Part shown: one piece after another, positions 61,281-64,000 of the stretch | How positions within the stretch are numbered: the first letter of the stretch is position 1 | Layout: every line of letters starts with the position of its first letter | Assembly (NCBI GenBank): GCA_030867685.1 | Contig: JAQOWU010000007.1 | Coordinates: 1,054,001-1,118,000, forward strand | DNA from: Wickerhamiella versatilis | Taxonomy: Eukaryota | Length of the DNA: 64,000 bases | Direction: 5' to 3' | Program-made: the position numbers and the translations under genes | The notes under the pieces: model-generated | The model's database searches: none | Seen by the model: the letters and a program-made list of their open reading frames with translations, nothing else | What the model was told of the DNA's origin: nothing

Positions 61281-62363
61281 CTATCTCCGTTTATATAATT
61301 TGCCTTGATCGACTTGATAATTATCAAGAAAATCATCCATAATACTTTCAAAATCTCCCCTTTCTTTAGTTATATCAAATTCTTCCTCCTCACCGCTTTC
61401 TGATTCCTTCTCATATTCCTCCTCAATTTTATCGAACCGATCATCCAGAAGACTTAACCCTTTGTTTCGAAAATTTGCTGAGGAGCTCATTGAAAAACCT
61501 GTGAGATCAGTTTTGGCGCCAATCTTTCGTTTTCTTTTCTGCTGCGGTAGATCACCAACAGTGTCGACAGCTTCAGCAGCCGCTGTCGTAGAGCCTGCAT
61601 CGTCAGAGTCAGGTCCAAAATCTGAAGACATTTCAGACCCGTTTTCGAGGTCATCTGCAGATTCAGCAGAATCAAGCTTAAATTTACGGAAGGCAAATTC
61701 CCAGTCGGCTTCACCAGGCTTCTGAACTAGCTCCTCTTTTGGCATGCTTTTCTTGAATTGGGTCTCGGTGGCCTCACCATCGCGAACAAGCTCACCGAAA
61801 AAGTCATCATCTTCTTCAACATATTCTTCGTCTTCAAGCGCTTCTAATACTTCACGCAAGCGCGGGTCCATATCTGGCTGTAGGCCCTGAAGTTCGTCAG
61901 GCACTGCCTGTTGTGCCTTGAACCTCTCACGAAAGGACCGAGAGCGCTCATCAGGGAGCAATTCACCTATCTCATCCTTAAAAGCAAATTCTTTTGTTGG
62001 CCTTTGTGAACCAGTTAAAGAATCTTTTGCTACAAACACACCATCGCCAGCATCCGCACCATCAAGACCTAGATCAATGGGCTTGAGGTGCTGCATATAG
62101 TCATATTGGCTATCGTCAAACGTAATTCCATACAATGCAGCCTCTCCTTCATTATTTCGTCCATCAAACTCATTTTCAAGCTCCTGCCTCCCAATCCACC
62201 TCTGTTTCCGAGCCTCTTTTTCACTTTTAGTATTCAAATCTTTTCTCGGTACAAGCACCCCTGAAGATGCAGATTCATCGTAGAAGCGGCTATCATCATG
62301 AGACCTATTCACGACTTGAAATGTCTCTGCCTTCTTTTTGTCAATCCACTTTTTTGGACCCAT
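61281..62363 (-). CDS. LTV1: Pre-40S assembly factor Ltv1
   Basis: 'KKAETFQVVNRSHDD', 'EGEAALYGITFDDSQYDYMQHLKPI', 'PDMDPRLREVLEALEDEEY', 'SMSSSANFR..GL.LLDDRF'. Confidence 0.93.
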   Translation of the reverse strand: MGPKKWIDKKKAETFQVVNRSHDDSRFYDESASSGVLVPRKDLNTKSEKEARKQRWIGRQELENEFDGRNNEGEAALYGITFDDSQYDYMQHLKPIDLGLDGADAGDGVFVAKDSLTGSQRPTKEFAFKDEIGELLPDERSRSFRERFKAQQAVPDELQGLQPDMDPRLREVLEALEDEEYVEEDDDFFGELVRDGEATETQFKKSMPKEELVQKPGEADWEFAFRKFKLDSAESADDLENGSEMSSDFGPDSDDAGSTTAAAEAVDTVGDLPQQKRKRKIGAKTDLTGFSMSSSANFRNKGLSLLDDRFDKIEEEYEKESESGEEEEFDITKERGDFESIMDDFLDNYQVDQGKLYKRR

Positions 62364-62483
62364 GCAGAGAACAAAGAAATATATAGATTATGTAATTTTT
62401 CTGGTATGTCCTATTATATATTATAACTGTCTAACGAGTTATATTGTGGTCGAATTACCTTAGATAGGGGTTAATTGCAAGGA

Positions 62484-64000
62484 TCATGCTATAATTGCGA
62501 GAGCTGCCAGCAGCCCTGAGAGTGTGGCAATAGAACCACTATTACTAGATGAATGACTAGAATCACTCGATGATGCTGCACTAGAGTGAGCCGAAGCACT
62601 TGCAGTCGCTGTTGTAGTGGCGACCTCAGAGGCAGCCTTGTTGTCACTTGTCACAGGCCCCAGGTATCTGTTCTGAATAAGGGGGGTCGCAACACCACTC
62701 TCTGCCGAAGTTGATGTAGAATCGACCTGTGAAGTAGTCGATTCTATATCACCATTTACTGCCGGTATATCATTCACGTCCACAATTTTCGAGCTGTTTG
62801 TATGGCGGCGGGGGCTGATATAAACTGAAGAACTACTCGAGTCAAACACTGTATACACGTGACGAAAGAACGAGTCACCCAACAAGAAATTAGGAGATGG
62901 GACAAGGCTCAGGGCACTAACATTTTGAGGTCCATTGTTGAGCCATATATATGAGGCAGGAACAAATAATTTCGAGATAGGAATATCCACCGCGAGATGA
63001 CCCAAGTTAAACGTAACAGTTCCATTCAGTTTTGACGGATCAGAATCAGTATAATAGGCTTCATATTTCTCATTCTTAGAAAGGTTGAACTTTTCTGCAA
63101 CTCTACGCACAAAACCCTGCGGTAAGAGTGTTATGGGCGAACCTGTGTCAAGAGTGACAGGGCTTCTCCACGTGTAGTTGTCACCATGGTCCAATTGCAG
63201 TGTGTTGGAATGTACTATCCAGGTTCCTGCGTAGTTGGTATTGTTGACCTCTCCTTGAAAACGGTGGAACGGCAGCTGTGCCTGAGCAAGGTCGACGCCG
63301 CCGAATATGAATTTACCGGCAGAACCATCAAGAAGCACACTGAAAGCGGAAGAATTGGTCACGTTCTGCGCAAATAGCGCCTCGGGAAAAGTCTTGTAAC
63401 TTGAGGGGCCTGATCCCTCAATATGTGGGCTCAATCCTAGAAGGCCTGGTGCGCCTGCAGCAGCAGCAAAGCTAGATACAACTCCTAGTTCAAAATCGAC
63501 ACGTGGGGAGCTTCCATTGTAGATGCCTGCTGTACCGTTCAAAGTGCTTGAAGTTCCATTTGACGTGGTAGTACCGTTCACCCCCTTGGGCAGGACGCTG
63601 ATATCAGTATATACATAGTCATGCGCCCAATGGCCGAGGTACTGACCAGAGCCATACCTAGCACTGAAGCTTTCATTTTCCCAGCTGAATGTAGAAGATT
63701 CATTGTAATAAAACATTGGAGCATCATTGGAACTTCCATTGGGACCGAATACCCAAGACACTGGGGAACCTGTGTCTAACAATACTTCAGCCCGTTGAGA
63801 AGGAGTACCAATGTAAATATCGCCATAGTAAAAGTTGTAACTTGGAGTCAATGTTACATCTTGGCCGACTGCCACTTTCATCGAGGGCTTTTCACCCATA
63901 AACTTTGCTCCAGATGATAGAGACCCTTTAGAGGAAGCCAAATCCTCAGCATTATTTTTTACCCGAAAATCAAATGAAACACTGGCTAAGGCACCCGAGA
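62484..64000 (-). CDS. GPI-anchored aspartic protease (yapsin/Sap-like), 5' end outside the window
   Basis: Two catalytic motifs 'LLDTGS' and 'TLDTGS', 'LLGDSFFRHVY', S/T-rich stalk and hydrophobic C-terminus; frame stays open to the window edge (..SGALASVSFDFRVKNNAED). Confidence 0.9.
   Translation of the reverse strand, partial: SGALASVSFDFRVKNNAEDLASSKGSLSSGAKFMGEKPSMKVAVGQDVTLTPSYNFYYGDIYIGTPSQRAEVLLDTGSPVSWVFGPNGSSNDAPMFYYNESSTFSWENESFSARYGSGQYLGHWAHDYVYTDISVLPKGVNGTTTSNGTSSTLNGTAGIYNGSSPRVDFELGVVSSFAAAAGAPGLLGLSPHIEGSGPSSYKTFPEALFAQNVTNSSAFSVLLDGSAGKFIFGGVDLAQAQLPFHRFQGEVNNTNYAGTWIVHSNTLQLDHGDNYTWRSPVTLDTGSPITLLPQGFVRRVAEKFNLSKNEKYEAYYTDSDPSKLNGTVTFNLGHLAVDIPISKLFVPASYIWLNNGPQNVSALSLVPSPNFLLGDSFFRHVYTVFDSSSSSVYISPRRHTNSSKIVDVNDIPAVNGDIESTTSQVDSTSTSAESGVATPLIQNRYLGPVTSDNKAASEVATTTATASASAHSSAASSSDSSHSSSNSGSIATLSGLLAALAIIA

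Overview
Gene-dense, apparently intron-less window from a budding-yeast (Saccharomycotina) chromosome. The tiny intergenic gaps, shortened orthologues and a bacterial-type gene would fit the Wickerhamiella/Starmerella clade, but that placement is inference. About 30 protein genes are visible. Most are conserved housekeeping genes: NUP2, ILV2, ATP14, MDJ1, GEP4, DUR3, HEL2, PEX10, a Munc13/C2 protein, RAD30, ERD1-like, RRP17, IRE1, KOG1, IRS4/TAX4-like, SDH3, SPE2, ARG81-like, RKR1, YPT7, DSN1-like, CMC2, AIM11, GPI18, LSM2, PSF1, BFR2, LTV1 and a yapsin-like protease. There is also one tRNA-Val(CAC). Three things stand out. (1) A 14.6 kb ORF encodes a ~4,860-aa secreted, apparently non-GPI, mucin-like protein. 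It has seven copies of an unrecognised Cys-rich module, at least six distinct tandem-repeat blocks, and Cys/Trp/Lys-rich terminal domains. (2) A strongly base-paired ~270-nt element (multi-branch junction plus a potential pseudoknot) lies upstream of the SAM-decarboxylase gene SPE2, followed by a structured in-frame uORF. (3) A bacterial-type Zn alcohol dehydrogenase looks horizontally acquired. Gene calls come from recognising motifs by eye and RNA pairings from manual inspection; no searches or folding programs were run.
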